Assembly: GCA_050248855.1 (NCBI GenBank)
Contig: JBFWRP010000019.1
Span: 21,611 to 85,610, forward strand
Direction of reading: 5' to 3'
Source: Planctomycetota bacterium
GTDB lineage: Bacteria > Planctomycetota > PLA2 > JAEUHO01
DNA: 64,000 bases
This document shows positions 30,310 to 39,927 of this stretch, one piece after another. The notes beneath the pieces are model-generated. The model saw only the letters and a list, made by a program, of their open reading frames with translations. It ran no database searches and had not been told where the DNA came from. Positions within the stretch are counted from its first letter, which is position 1; every line of letters starts with the position of its first letter. The position numbers and the translations under genes are program-made.

Positions 30310-33036
30310 TCACTCGAGGACCGTGATCACGACGGTCGCCTGCGTGCTGCCGGACGCGTTCGAAGCCGTGATGGTGTAGGTCGTCTGGTCGCTGGCCGTG
30401 GTCGGCGCGCCGCCGATGGAGCCGTTGGACGTGTTCAGGGCGATGCCGGCTGGGAGCGCGGGGGAGATCGACCACGAGGTGATCGCACCACCGCTCGCGC
30501 TTGGCTCCATCGTGGTGATGGTCTGCGTGCTCCAGTAGCCGATGGCGGGCGTGTTGGAGTAGCTCAGGCCCGTCGGGGCCCCGAGCGTCACCGTCAGGGT
30601 CAGGGTGGCCTGCGTGCTACCGGCCGAGTTGGAGGCGGTGATCGTGTACGTGGCCTGGGCCGTGATGACCGTCGGCGTTCCCGTGATGACGCCCGTGGAC
30701 GTGTTGAAGGAAAGCCCCGTCGGGAGCGCCGGGCTGATGGCCCACGACTGGACCGTGCCCGTGACCGTCGGGTTGTTCGCCGTGATCTGGTAGCCCGTCG
30801 GGTAGCTCGCCGGGTTCGTGCCGTAGGACAGGTTGCTCGGGGCCGTCAGGCCGGGCACGACCTCCAACGAGATCGTGGCCTGCGTGGACCCCGCCGCATT
30901 CGTGCCCGTCACCGTGTACGTGGCCGCCGTCGCCAGCGCGGTCGGGGTGCCCGTGATGACGCCCGACGACGTGTTCAGCGACAGACCCGCCGGCAGCGCC
31001 GGGCTGATGCCGTAGGAGGCAATCAGACCGCCCGTGCTGCTCGGCGTGTTCGCCGTGATCGCCTGGTTGATGACGTAGGACACTGGCGTGCTGTACGTCA
31101 GGCCAGCGGGCGCCGCCACGTTGACGGTGATCATCAGCGTGGTCTGCGCACTGCCCGCCGAGTTCGATGCGGTCACCGTGAACGACGTCTGGTTGATGGC
31201 GACCAGGGGCGTGCCCGAGATGATGCCCGTGATGGGGCTGAGCGTCAGGCCGTTGGGCAAGGGCGGCGAGACCGTCCAGAGCTCCACGGCGCCGCCGCCC
31301 ACCGTGGGCACGTTGGGCGTGATGGCCACGGTCGTCGTGTAGGTCGGGTTCTGCGCGCTGTAGGTGAGCCCGTTCGGAGGGATGTCCCCCGTCAGCTCCG
31401 CGCACTGACCGCGCGCCAAGCCGGCGGGCGCCGTGCTCGTGTGCATGTTGGCGTAGAAGTGCTGGGGGGAGGCCATCATGCGCGCGAAGGTGCGGCCCGT
31501 GAGTGTCGTGCTGCCCGTCATCGCATTGCCGCTCGCGTCCAGGTCGGGAGCCCCCATGAGGTCGATCAGGACCGAGCCATCGACGCCAGCAGCACCATTG
31601 TGGATGTGCAGCGCCGTCAGGTCGCTGACCGTGGGGTTGCTCACCTGGAGCGTGAACGAACAGTGGAAGATGTCCGTGAACGTGAGTGGGTTCAGCAGCG
31701 CAGCGGCGAACGGATCCACCACCGTCGTCTCTTCGGAACCCTCGAGGGACGCGATGAACCGCACGGGCTCTTGGCCGAGCTGGCCGCGTCCGATGCCGGA
31801 AGGCCACGAGAGCGTTCCCAGGTTCGCGTAGAAGGCCCCCGGGTTGCCCATCAGCCGGGCGAAGAGCGTGGGCGTGATCGCGAAGCTGCCCTCGGACGAG
31901 AAGGTGGGTGCGCTGACCGCGTAGTCGGCACCGGAGCGCAGGTCGACCACGGCCGGGCCGTCGACGCCCGCTGCGCCCTCGTGGATGTGCGCGGCCGCGA
32001 GCGCCCCGATGGCGTACTCCGGGTTGGCGGGAGGAACGACCGGCGTGGCGAGATGGACGCGGCCCACCGTAAGCGACTCGAGCTGGATCGTGACCCCCGC
32101 CCGGTAGTCGGCATCGATCACGATCGTGTTGTCCTCGCCGCGCACGGGTGTCCAGAGGTGCCCGGGCTCCCGGCCCAGCTGGCCGCGGGCCAGACCCTGC
32201 GGGGCAGCGAGGCTGCTCACGAGGACGTGGTACGCCGAGGGATCCAGCATGAGGCGCGTGACCACGTCGAACGTGAGGCTCGCCTGGGCCGTCAGCGTGC
32301 CGGCTGCCGCATTCTCGGTCGCCGTGTCCGCCGCCAGGTCCAGCACCGTGGCCCCGTCCACACCGGCGCCGCCCTCGACGATGGCCGCGGAAGTGATGTC
32401 GGCGATGCCCGGCGTGCCCATGGCGATCACCCAGGAGAGGACGCCGTCGGCCGCGATCTGGAACGTGGCGGCGCCGCGCGCGTCGGGGTTGGCCACCGTG
32501 GTGACCTCGGAGCCGTGCAGCACGGTCCACGCGGAGAGCGTCGAGAGCGCGGCGAGCTGCGCCCGCACGAGGCCTGCGGCGGCGCCTGTCGTGTGGATGT
32601 TCACGTAGAAGTCCGCCGGGCTGCTCGCGATTTCCTCGACCAGCGTGGCACTGGCGAACAGCGTGTCGCTCGCCGTGTGCGCGGCGTTCGCGAAGCTGGC
32701 CCCCTGCGCGAGGAGGTCGACCTCGATGCCGCCATCGACGCCGGGAGCGCCGCGGTGGATGTGCATGCCGGTGACGCCACCGGACCAGCCGGCCTCGGCC
32801 GTCGCCGCGAACACGATGCGTCCGTCGCTACGGAGCTCCATGGCCACGCTGCCTCGGGCGTCGGGGTCGACGACGGTCGTCTCGGCCGATCCCAGCAGCA
32901 CGGCGCCGAGACGCGCCAGGACCTCGACGTCCGGCGGGGGCGGTGCGCCGCCTCCACCCCCTCCGCCTCCGCATGCCGCCAGCGTCATCAGGGCCGACGC
33001 GATCGCCCACACTCGAACGGATTGCCACCGCACCAT
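30310..33036 (-). CDS. Lipoprotein with four CHRD domains and four Ig-like (He_PIG) repeats
   Basis: Lipobox LAAC-GGGG, four (H)IH.G..GVDG...FY.N.HT....G..RGQL units, and four LP.GL.....G.I.G.P...SN.AGS.Q.T units. Confidence 0.85.
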   Translation of the reverse strand: MVRWQSVRVWAIASALMTLAACGGGGGGGGAPPPPDVEVLARLGAVLLGSAETTVVDPDARGSVAMELRSDGRIVFAATAEAGWSGGVTGMHIHRGAPGVDGGIEVDLLAQGASFANAAHTASDTLFASATLVEEIASSPADFYVNIHTTGAAAGLVRAQLAALSTLSAWTVLHGSEVTTVANPDARGAATFQIAADGVLSWVIAMGTPGIADITSAAIVEGGAGVDGATVLDLAADTATENAAAGTLTAQASLTFDVVTRLMLDPSAYHVLVSSLAAPQGLARGQLGREPGHLWTPVRGEDNTIVIDADYRAGVTIQLESLTVGRVHLATPVVPPANPEYAIGALAAAHIHEGAAGVDGPAVVDLRSGADYAVSAPTFSSEGSFAITPTLFARLMGNPGAFYANLGTLSWPSGIGRGQLGQEPVRFIASLEGSEETTVVDPFAAALLNPLTFTDIFHCSFTLQVSNPTVSDLTALHIHNGAAGVDGSVLIDLMGAPDLDASGNAMTGSTTLTGRTFARMMASPQHFYANMHTSTAPAGLARGQCAELTGDIPPNGLTYSAQNPTYTTTVAITPNVPTVGGGAVELWTVSPPLPNGLTLSPITGIISGTPLVAINQTSFTVTASNSAGSAQTTLMITVNVAAPAGLTYSTPVSYVINQAITANTPSSTGGLIASYGISPALPAGLSLNTSSGVITGTPTALATAATYTVTGTNAAGSTQATISLEVVPGLTAPSNLSYGTNPASYPTGYQITANNPTVTGTVQSWAISPALPTGLSFNTSTGVITGTPTVITAQATYTITASNSAGSTQATLTLTVTLGAPTGLSYSNTPAIGYWSTQTITTMEPSASGGAITSWSISPALPAGIALNTSNGSIGGAPTTASDQTTYTITASNASGSTQATVVITVLE

Positions 33037-33285
33037 GGAACGTGCCTCCCGCCGCTCGCGGCGGCGTCGCCCGTTCCGTCGGCCCAGCCCCGGACCTGCT
33101 TGTGTCAGCAACTCTTGCATACACAAGGCGGACACAATGTGACCACCCAGGACCCTCGTTGCAACAGGTAAAAGGTCCCGGGTCCCCCGGGATGGAGGTC
33201 CCGGGACGTGGAATCCCGGACAACGGGCGGCCGCGGCCCGCTGGTTGCTTGGGCCGCCTCGTCGCCGCCCTACCCTCGGACCGCC

Positions 33286-33762
33286 ATGCCCCGAGAATCC
33301 AAGGTCCCGTCCGATGCCGAGCGCTGTGCCGAGGCGGCGCGGACCTGCGCCTGTTTCCACGTGCGCATGGCCGCCCGGAGCGTGACCCGGCTGTTCGACG
33401 AGGCCCTGCAGCCGGCGGGCTTGCGCTCGACCCAGTTCGTGCTCCTGGCCGCGATCCGGGCGATGGACGAGGTCACCCTGCCCCGGTTGGCAGCGGCGGT
33501 GTCGCTGGACCGCAGTGCCCTCACGAGGGCTCTTCGTCCCCTGGAGGCTTCCGACTGGGTGAAGCTCACGCCCGGGCCCAAGGGCCGCGCCACCACGGCG
33601 ACCCTGACCGCCGCGGGCCGTCGCGTCGTCTCCAAGGCCATCCCGCTCTGGGAGGCGGCCCAGGCGCGGCTGGTGGAGGCGTTGTCACCGGCCTCGTGGG
33701 ACGCGCTGCGTCAGGACTTCGACGGCGTGGCAGCTGCCGCCGACCGGCTGCTGACTTCCTAG
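33286..33762 (+). CDS. MarR-family transcriptional regulator
   Basis: CACFHVRMAARSVTRLFDEAL..AGLRSTQF.LL, LDRSALTRALRPL and LT..GR motifs. Confidence 0.9.
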   Translation: MPRESKVPSDAERCAEAARTCACFHVRMAARSVTRLFDEALQPAGLRSTQFVLLAAIRAMDEVTLPRLAAAVSLDRSALTRALRPLEASDWVKLTPGPKGRATTATLTAAGRRVVSKAIPLWEAAQARLVEALSPASWDALRQDFDGVAAAADRLLTS

Positions 33763-35228
33763 TCACTGGGTTCCTGGTCGCTGGGCGTGATCGCGTAGAG
33801 GACGTACTCGCCCGCGTGGCCGAGCGGCACGACGGCCCCCAGCGTGCTGCCGAGGGAACGGAACGCGCGCTCGAGCCGCGGCTCCACGCAGAAGACGAGC
33901 CCCTGCTCGTGCTCGGCGAGCTCCTCGGCCAGGCCCTGGAGGCGGTGGTTGTCGTCGTCGGCTCCGGGAAACAGCCCGATGTGCTCCACCTCGCAATCCA
34001 GGTACATGCCAAGGGAGAGGTGGGGCTTGTTGAAGAAGATGACTTCTTCGGGCGACTCCGGGAGCGCGGCCACGAGCTCTCGCGCCAAGACCCGTCCGTC
34101 GGCCGGCGAAGGGAACCACCGCATGCCGGCCAGACCGAGCGTGCCGGCCAGCACGAAGGCACCGACGACGATCGCGCTGCGCCCACCACGCAGCAGGGAA
34201 TCCGGCGCGGCCCAGGCGGCCAGCAGCACGAGCGGTGGCATGGCCTGCAGCAGGTACAGCGGCAACCGGGATCCGGCCAGCGCCAAGGCAACGACGACGA
34301 CGAGAGCCCACGTCAGCAGGAACCCCGGCGGGGAGCTCGGCCCCCGGCGCGCCCGCCACGAGCGGCCGAGGCCCTTCCAAGCCCACGGAAACCAGGGGAA
34401 CGTCCCGAAGAGGACCAAGGGCGCGTACACGGTGAGGACGTAGACCGGGTTGTTGTTGCGCTTGTGGACACCCGACGCGATGCGCCCGACCACCTCGTGC
34501 CCGATCCAGTGCCGCGCGATCTCGGGCTGCGCGATGCCGATGGCCGCGTACCAGCCCAGCCCCACGACGGCGAACAGCAGCAGGGCCCCAAGGTCACCCG
34601 TCCGGCGCAGGCCCTGGAAGCGCTCGGTGCCCAGCTGGTAGACGACGATGGCCAAGAGCGGGAGGAGGGCGGGTGGTCCCTTGGTGAGGAAGCCCAGCCC
34701 CAGGAAGAGCCACATCGCGCGGCGCCAACGGACGGGGCGGTCGGGGTCGAAGCGCCAGCGCAGGAATGCCACGCCTACGCCCGTGGTCCAGAGCGTCAAC
34801 AGCGTGTCGGTCGTCACGATGTGGGCCCCGATGCGCGGGAACGCAGCAATCGAGTACAGGGCCATCGGCAGCCAAGGTCGATTCGACGTGACACGCTTCC
34901 CCGCGGCCAGCAGCAGGAACAGCGTGCCGACGAACGCCAGTGTGTTGGGCAGGCGGGCCGCCCACTCGTGACGGCCGAACACGGCGAAGCTCGCCGCCAG
35001 CGTCCAGTACGTCAGCGGCGGCTTGGTGTAGTGGGGCGTCTCATGGTGGAGGTGGGGGTGCCACCAGTCGCCGGTCTCGAGCATCTGCAGTGCCACCGCT
35101 GCGTACCGACCCTCATCGGGTCGGTAGAGGCCGCGCATGCCCTGCACGAGCAGGCCGGCCAACAGGCCCACGCCGACCATCAGCATCACGTGTCGACCGG
35201 GGCGCAGGAGCGGTTCAGCCGCGTTCAC
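33759..35228 (-). CDS. ArnT-like (GT39/PMT_2) membrane glycosyltransferase
   Basis: DEGRYA, KPPL.YW, EWAARLP and GFLTKGP motifs with many TM helices. Start tentative. Confidence 0.85.
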   Translation of the reverse strand: MNAAEPLLRPGRHVMLMVGVGLLAGLLVQGMRGLYRPDEGRYAAVALQMLETGDWWHPHLHHETPHYTKPPLTYWTLAASFAVFGRHEWAARLPNTLAFVGTLFLLLAAGKRVTSNRPWLPMALYSIAAFPRIGAHIVTTDTLLTLWTTGVGVAFLRWRFDPDRPVRWRRAMWLFLGLGFLTKGPPALLPLLAIVVYQLGTERFQGLRRTGDLGALLLFAVVGLGWYAAIGIAQPEIARHWIGHEVVGRIASGVHKRNNNPVYVLTVYAPLVLFGTFPWFPWAWKGLGRSWRARRGPSSPPGFLLTWALVVVVALALAGSRLPLYLLQAMPPLVLLAAWAAPDSLLRGGRSAIVVGAFVLAGTLGLAGMRWFPSPADGRVLARELVAALPESPEEVIFFNKPHLSLGMYLDCEVEHIGLFPGADDDNHRLQGLAEELAEHEQGLVFCVEPRLERAFRSLGSTLGAVVPLGHAGEYVLYAITPSDQEPSD

Positions 35229-35238
35229 GGCGGAGACG

Positions 35239-36135
35239 CTACTCCCGCCGGCTTGGGACGACCTTGTGTTGGACGCCCACCCGCTGGCCCATGCGCACGA
35301 CCTGTCCGGCGGGGAGCGCGTCGAGCTCACCGGCTTCGGGCGCCAGCACCACGATCACCGTGGAGCCCAGCTCGAAGAGGCCCAGCTCCGTGCCCCGCTC
35401 GGCCGTGAGGTGTTGCACGGGCGAGTGGTCCAGCGCCAGACCGAGCAGATCGTCGTGTGCGGCCACGTTGGTCTCGATGTCCTGGAACGCCAGTCGGATC
35501 GAGCCCACGTCCAAGGCACCGACGGCCACGAACGCGTAGCGCCCGCCGAGACCGTCGCGGCCCAGTCGCCCGGCCACGACCACGCGCTCGTTGACGGCGA
35601 AGAGCCTCTGCACCGCGGCGACGGCCTTGGCATTGACGGGCCAGAGCTCGCCCGTGACGTGGTGAACGCTCTCGATGGTCGCGTCAAAGGGCCAGTGGAA
35701 GCGGTGGTAGTCGCCCGGCGCCAGGTACACGACGTGGTACGTGCCGCCCTCGAAGGCGCGCCCCACACCCGGGTCGGCCAGCAGCTCGTCGAGGCGATAC
35801 GGCATGCCCTTGGCTTGGATCAACGTGCCCGCTTCGATGCGCCCGCCCTGCGCGATCCTTCCGTCAGCGGGCGAGACGATGGCGGACGGGTCCTCGGGGA
35901 GCTGGCGCGCACCCTCCACCAACGTGCGCGTGAAGAAGTCCACGAAGCTCGCGTAGTCGCGCAAGGGGCGCGCCATCTCCTCGCGGCGCACGCCGTAGAA
36001 GCGCGCGTACATCGCGAGCAGGGGGCGCAACAGCCAGCGTGGAAGCTCCACGCGTGCTGCGCGGCCCACGAGGCGCGAGAGGCGTCGCTTGGGGAGTCGC
36101 TGGAGCCACTTCGGGATCGCTGCCGACGCGCTCAC
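35239..36135 (-). CDS. psd: Phosphatidylserine decarboxylase proenzyme
   Basis: FFTR, SPADG, YLAPGDYHRFH, NERVV motifs and the LGST self-cleavage motif. Confidence 0.93.
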   Translation of the reverse strand: MSASAAIPKWLQRLPKRRLSRLVGRAARVELPRWLLRPLLAMYARFYGVRREEMARPLRDYASFVDFFTRTLVEGARQLPEDPSAIVSPADGRIAQGGRIEAGTLIQAKGMPYRLDELLADPGVGRAFEGGTYHVVYLAPGDYHRFHWPFDATIESVHHVTGELWPVNAKAVAAVQRLFAVNERVVVAGRLGRDGLGGRYAFVAVGALDVGSIRLAFQDIETNVAAHDDLLGLALDHSPVQHLTAERGTELGLFELGSTVIVVLAPEAGELDALPAGQVVRMGQRVGVQHKVVPSRRE

Positions 36136-36977
36136 CGGCGCTTCTCCTGCAGTCGCTCCCAGGTCGTGTACCTCACGTCGATCGTGCCGTCGCCTTCACC
36201 CAGGGCGATGTGCGGCTTGTAGCGGCCGTGGAAGTCGCTGCCTCCGGTGGGAACCAGGTCCAGCGCCGCGGAGATGTCGCGGTACATGACGCGATGCGTG
36301 ACGTCGTGGCTCGGATGGTCGACCTCGATGCCGACGAGCCCCAGATCCCGCCACCGCGTGAACACGCGCCGCTGCCGCGCATGCGAGCCCAGCTTCATCT
36401 GCCGGGGATGCGCGATGACCGCCATGCCGCGGGCCCCGGCCACGATCTCGATCGCCTTCTCGGGCGTGGGTGCTTCCACGGGGACGTAGGCCGGTCCTCC
36501 GTCGCGTAGGTAGCGCTCGAAGGCCTCCCGGAGGTCCTCGACATGCCCGCGCGCCACCAGGGCCATGGCGATGTGCGGGCGCGCGACCAGCGGGCTGGAG
36601 GCCGCTTGCTCGACGTCGTCCTGCGTCACGCCGACCCCCAGACGGTCCAAGCGCGCGAGGATCGCGTCGTTGCGCGCGTCGCGCGCCGTGCGGATCCCCG
36701 TGAGGAGGTCCTGCACGTCCGTGTTGCCCGCATCGACGTCGTAGGCCAGCACGTGGACCGTGCCCGTGGGGAGCCGTGTCGAGATCTCGCAGCCCGGAAT
36801 CCACTCGACGCCCACGGCGGCCGCGGCCCGCCGGGACTCGCTCCAGCCCGAGAGCGTGTCGTGGTCGGTGACGGCCAGCGCGCGGAGCCCGACGTCGCGG
36901 GCGTGCCCGAAGAGCTCCGTCGGCGTCATGGAGCCGTCGGAGCACGTCGTGTGCGCGTGGAGGTCGATGCGATCCAT
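36132..36977 (-). CDS. PHP-domain phosphoesterase (TrpH/YciV-like)
   Basis: DLHAHTTCSDG, TDHDT, RPHIA, AHP and GGSDFHG motifs. TGATG coupling to pfkA. Confidence 0.9.
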   Translation of the reverse strand: MDRIDLHAHTTCSDGSMTPTELFGHARDVGLRALAVTDHDTLSGWSESRRAAAAVGVEWIPGCEISTRLPTGTVHVLAYDVDAGNTDVQDLLTGIRTARDARNDAILARLDRLGVGVTQDDVEQAASSPLVARPHIAMALVARGHVEDLREAFERYLRDGGPAYVPVEAPTPEKAIEIVAGARGMAVIAHPRQMKLGSHARQRRVFTRWRDLGLVGIEVDHPSHDVTHRVMYRDISAALDLVPTGGSDFHGRYKPHIALGEGDGTIDVRYTTWERLQEKRR

Positions 36978-38131
36978 CAGAGGAAGCCGCCTGCGGCGCG
37001 ACCCTCTTGCCACGCGTCATCCGAGCCGTCGGCCGCGGCGAACGAGATGCCCATGGCGCGCGCCGACCGCACCAGCTGGCCCTGGGGGTCGATCGACTTG
37101 ATCTTGCGCACGGCGCGTGCCAGGTCGACGTCCTGGATCTCCGTTCCGCGGAGCGCCACCATGCGGCCGGTCTTGCCCGCCGCGATCATCTCGACGGCGT
37201 GTGCGCCCATGCGGCTGGCGAGCACGCGATCGTAGGGAGACGGCGAGCCCCCGCGCTGCACGTGGCCGAGAACCACGGGCCTGACCTCGAGGTCGGAGAG
37301 GGCCTCGAGCTCGTCCGCGATGCGCCACGCCACGCCGCCGAGCCGTCGCTGGACCACGTCTTTCGGGTCGCCCTCGCGCCAGACGAGGTCGCCATCGGGG
37401 CGGGCCGCGCCCTCGGCCACGACGACGATCGAGAAGCGACGACCGCTCCCGGCCCGCACGGCGACATGGTCGGCGATGCGCTGGGGGTCGTAGGGGATCT
37501 CGGGGATCAAGATCACTTCGGCCCCGCCGGCCATGCCGCCGTGCAGCGCGATCCACCCCGTGTGCCGTCCCATCACCTCGACCAGCATCACGCGGTGGTG
37601 GCTCTCGGCCGTGGTGTAGAGGCGATCGATGGCTCCCGTGACCACGCCGACCGCGGTATCGAAGCCGAAGGTCCGATCGGTCTCCGCCAGGTCGTTGTCG
37701 ATCGTCTTGGGGACGCCGACCACGGGGATGCCCTGGCGCGAGAGCTTCAAGGCCATCGTCTGCGTGCCGTCGCCGCCTACGGTGATCAGCGCGTCGATCT
37801 TCTTGCTCGCCAGGACCTGGCCGACCTTGGCGCTCTTGTCGTGCTCGCGCCCCTTGCCGTCCCGCACGCGGAAGATGTCCAGCCGGTTGCTGGCGCCAAG
37901 GATCGTGCCGCCGCGCGGCAGGATCCCGGCGATGTCCTCGCGGCCCAGCGGGATCAGCCCGCGGCCGCCCGGCACCAGGAAGCCCTCGACGCCGTCCCGG
38001 ACGCCGAACACCTCCCACCCGTGGACGTTGACGGCGGACTTCACGACGGCGCGGATCACGGCGTTGAGGCCGGGGCAGTCGCCGCCGCCCGTCAGGATCG
38101 CGATGCGGCGCGGGCGCGGCTTGGCGCTCAT
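36977..38131 (-). CDS. pfkA: 6-phosphofructokinase (probably ATP-dependent)
   Basis: LTGGGDCPGLN, GGDGT, PKTIDND, EVMGRH and LGHVQRGG motifs. Confidence 0.93.
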   Translation of the reverse strand: MSAKPRPRRIAILTGGGDCPGLNAVIRAVVKSAVNVHGWEVFGVRDGVEGFLVPGGRGLIPLGREDIAGILPRGGTILGASNRLDIFRVRDGKGREHDKSAKVGQVLASKKIDALITVGGDGTQTMALKLSRQGIPVVGVPKTIDNDLAETDRTFGFDTAVGVVTGAIDRLYTTAESHHRVMLVEVMGRHTGWIALHGGMAGGAEVILIPEIPYDPQRIADHVAVRAGSGRRFSIVVVAEGAARPDGDLVWREGDPKDVVQRRLGGVAWRIADELEALSDLEVRPVVLGHVQRGGSPSPYDRVLASRMGAHAVEMIAAGKTGRMVALRGTEIQDVDLARAVRKIKSIDPQGQLVRSARAMGISFAAADGSDDAWQEGRAAGGFL

Positions 38132-39828
38132 CGGGGGGTGTCTCCTCGGCGGTCGAAGAAGGCCAGACGCACGCCCCAGGATCGGTCGAACCATACGGGG
38201 CCCGCCACCCGGAACCGGGATCCGGGACCGATCTCCCAGCGTCGGGCCAGCTCGGCGCGAACGAAGCGAAACACCTCGTCGGGATCCTTCGTCTCCTCGT
38301 GCGCCAGGACGAGCACGATGCGCCGCGACGCCGCGATCTCGTCGGCCTGCCCGTCGAGGGCGGCCTTCCAGGAGGTGGGATCGTCGCCCCCCGCCATCTC
38401 GACGGCCGGCAAACGACCGCGGTCGTACGGCTCCCAGGCCAGCCGCGTGTACCAGGGGTACAGCAGCACGAGATCGCCCCTCGCCGGGTCCGTGTAGCGC
38501 GCGGCGTAGCGAACCGCCTCGCGCCACGGCTCCTTGCCGTACGGGTGCCCGTGGTGGAGGAAGGCGAGTGCGTCGTCGGGATCCGTCCCGAACACGGCCG
38601 GCACGACGTCGCCGTCGAGCGTGCCCGCGGTGCCACGCGCGGCCAGGGCCAGCGGGGCCCCGTGGTAGGCCACGTTGCCGGCGGCCAGCAGGAGGATCAG
38701 GGCGCCGGCGAGCGCCGGCCGCCAGCGCGGCCCGGCCTCGCGCACGCCGAGCAGGGCCACGAGCAGCACGAAGGGCCCGAGGAACACGAGGTAGCGCTCG
38801 TGCACGAGGTGGAAGCCCGCCGCATGCGCGGCCAACGAGCAGGCGACGGGCACGAGGAGGTTGGCGGCCACGAGGGAGGCGGCGCCCGCGCGACGCAGGA
38901 GGGCGCGCACGCCGAACACGAGGCACGGGATCCACAGGAGCAATGTGAGCAGGATCCAGGGCGCCTCGTCCTGGAACACGGCCGCCGGGCCCGCTTGTTG
39001 CCTCGCCCGGTCGATCACGACCAAGCCGGGACCAACGCCGATGCGCCAGAGCACGTAGCCCAGGCGCGTGAACGGGTCGTGCGGGTCGCCGGTCGAGATG
39101 CTCTGGTAGTGGGTGGCGAGGTAGAGGAACCACGGCACGAACAAGAGACCGGCGCCGATCGTGGCCAGCACGATGGGGCGCGCGCGGAAGGGGGATCCCG
39201 AGCCTCGTGCGCGCCAGGCCAGCCACAGGGCGTGCACGGGATGGGCCAGCACGGGCCAGAGCGCGAAGTACTGCGTGTGCAGCGCCAGGGCCGCCAGCAG
39301 CGCGTAGCCCACGAGCCAGCGCCGCCGCCCGTCGTCGAGCCAGCGCAGATACAGCAGCGTGAGGCCCAGCGACTCGGCGACCAGCAGCGAGTACATGCGC
39401 GCTTCTTGCGCGTACTCGGTGAGGTAGGGCGAGACGGCCACGAGGCCCGCGAACAAGAGGGCCGTCGTGCGCGAGGACGGCACGCCCTCGGGCGCGGGGC
39501 CGAAGCCTCCGCGGCGTGGCTGGTGCTCGGGGACCAGGAGCCGCCGCCCCAGGCACCAGGCCAGCCACACGGTGAAGACGCCAAGAATCGCCGCGGGCCA
39601 GCGCAGATCCGCCGTTCCCGCGCCGAACATCCCGGCCCATGCGCGCGAGACCAACCACCAGACGGGGGGGTGGTTGGCCTCGGCGAAGAGGGTGTCCTTC
39701 CACGTCGGAAGGTGCACCCACGACCACGTGGCCCCCTCATCAAGCCAGAACGAATGGGCCCCGAGCGCCACGCAGCGCAGCAGCGTCGCGGCAACCAGGG
39801 CGTGCACCAGCAGGCGCGGGAGCGGCAT
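38128..39828 (-). CDS. GT39/PMT_2-family membrane glycosyltransferase
   Basis: SFWLDEG, HPP, LRWPA and YAQEARMYSL motifs with many TM helices. Confidence 0.82.
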   Translation of the reverse strand: MPLPRLLVHALVAATLLRCVALGAHSFWLDEGATWSWVHLPTWKDTLFAEANHPPVWWLVSRAWAGMFGAGTADLRWPAAILGVFTVWLAWCLGRRLLVPEHQPRRGGFGPAPEGVPSSRTTALLFAGLVAVSPYLTEYAQEARMYSLLVAESLGLTLLYLRWLDDGRRRWLVGYALLAALALHTQYFALWPVLAHPVHALWLAWRARGSGSPFRARPIVLATIGAGLLFVPWFLYLATHYQSISTGDPHDPFTRLGYVLWRIGVGPGLVVIDRARQQAGPAAVFQDEAPWILLTLLLWIPCLVFGVRALLRRAGAASLVAANLLVPVACSLAAHAAGFHLVHERYLVFLGPFVLLVALLGVREAGPRWRPALAGALILLLAAGNVAYHGAPLALAARGTAGTLDGDVVPAVFGTDPDDALAFLHHGHPYGKEPWREAVRYAARYTDPARGDLVLLYPWYTRLAWEPYDRGRLPAVEMAGGDDPTSWKAALDGQADEIAASRRIVLVLAHEETKDPDEVFRFVRAELARRWEIGPGSRFRVAGPVWFDRSWGVRLAFFDRRGDTPR

Positions 39829-39927
39829 CGGCGAATGGAACCACTCCCCAGTGGCCGGGTCCATGATCCTCCGGGGGCGACGTACGTTCCTGCCAGCAGC
39901 CCCCCGCCCTTGCCCGAGGAGTCCGCC

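Noticed and set aside
30330..31380. Possible CRISPR-like periodic repeats
   Set aside because: They are degenerate coding repeats of about 85-aa Ig domains, with no identical repeat-spacer structure and no cas genes.
38299..39927. Apparent 3210-aa length of the A2M ORF
   Set aside because: The first 543 codons are antisense to the GT39 gene. The RBS and signal peptide place the start at 39928.
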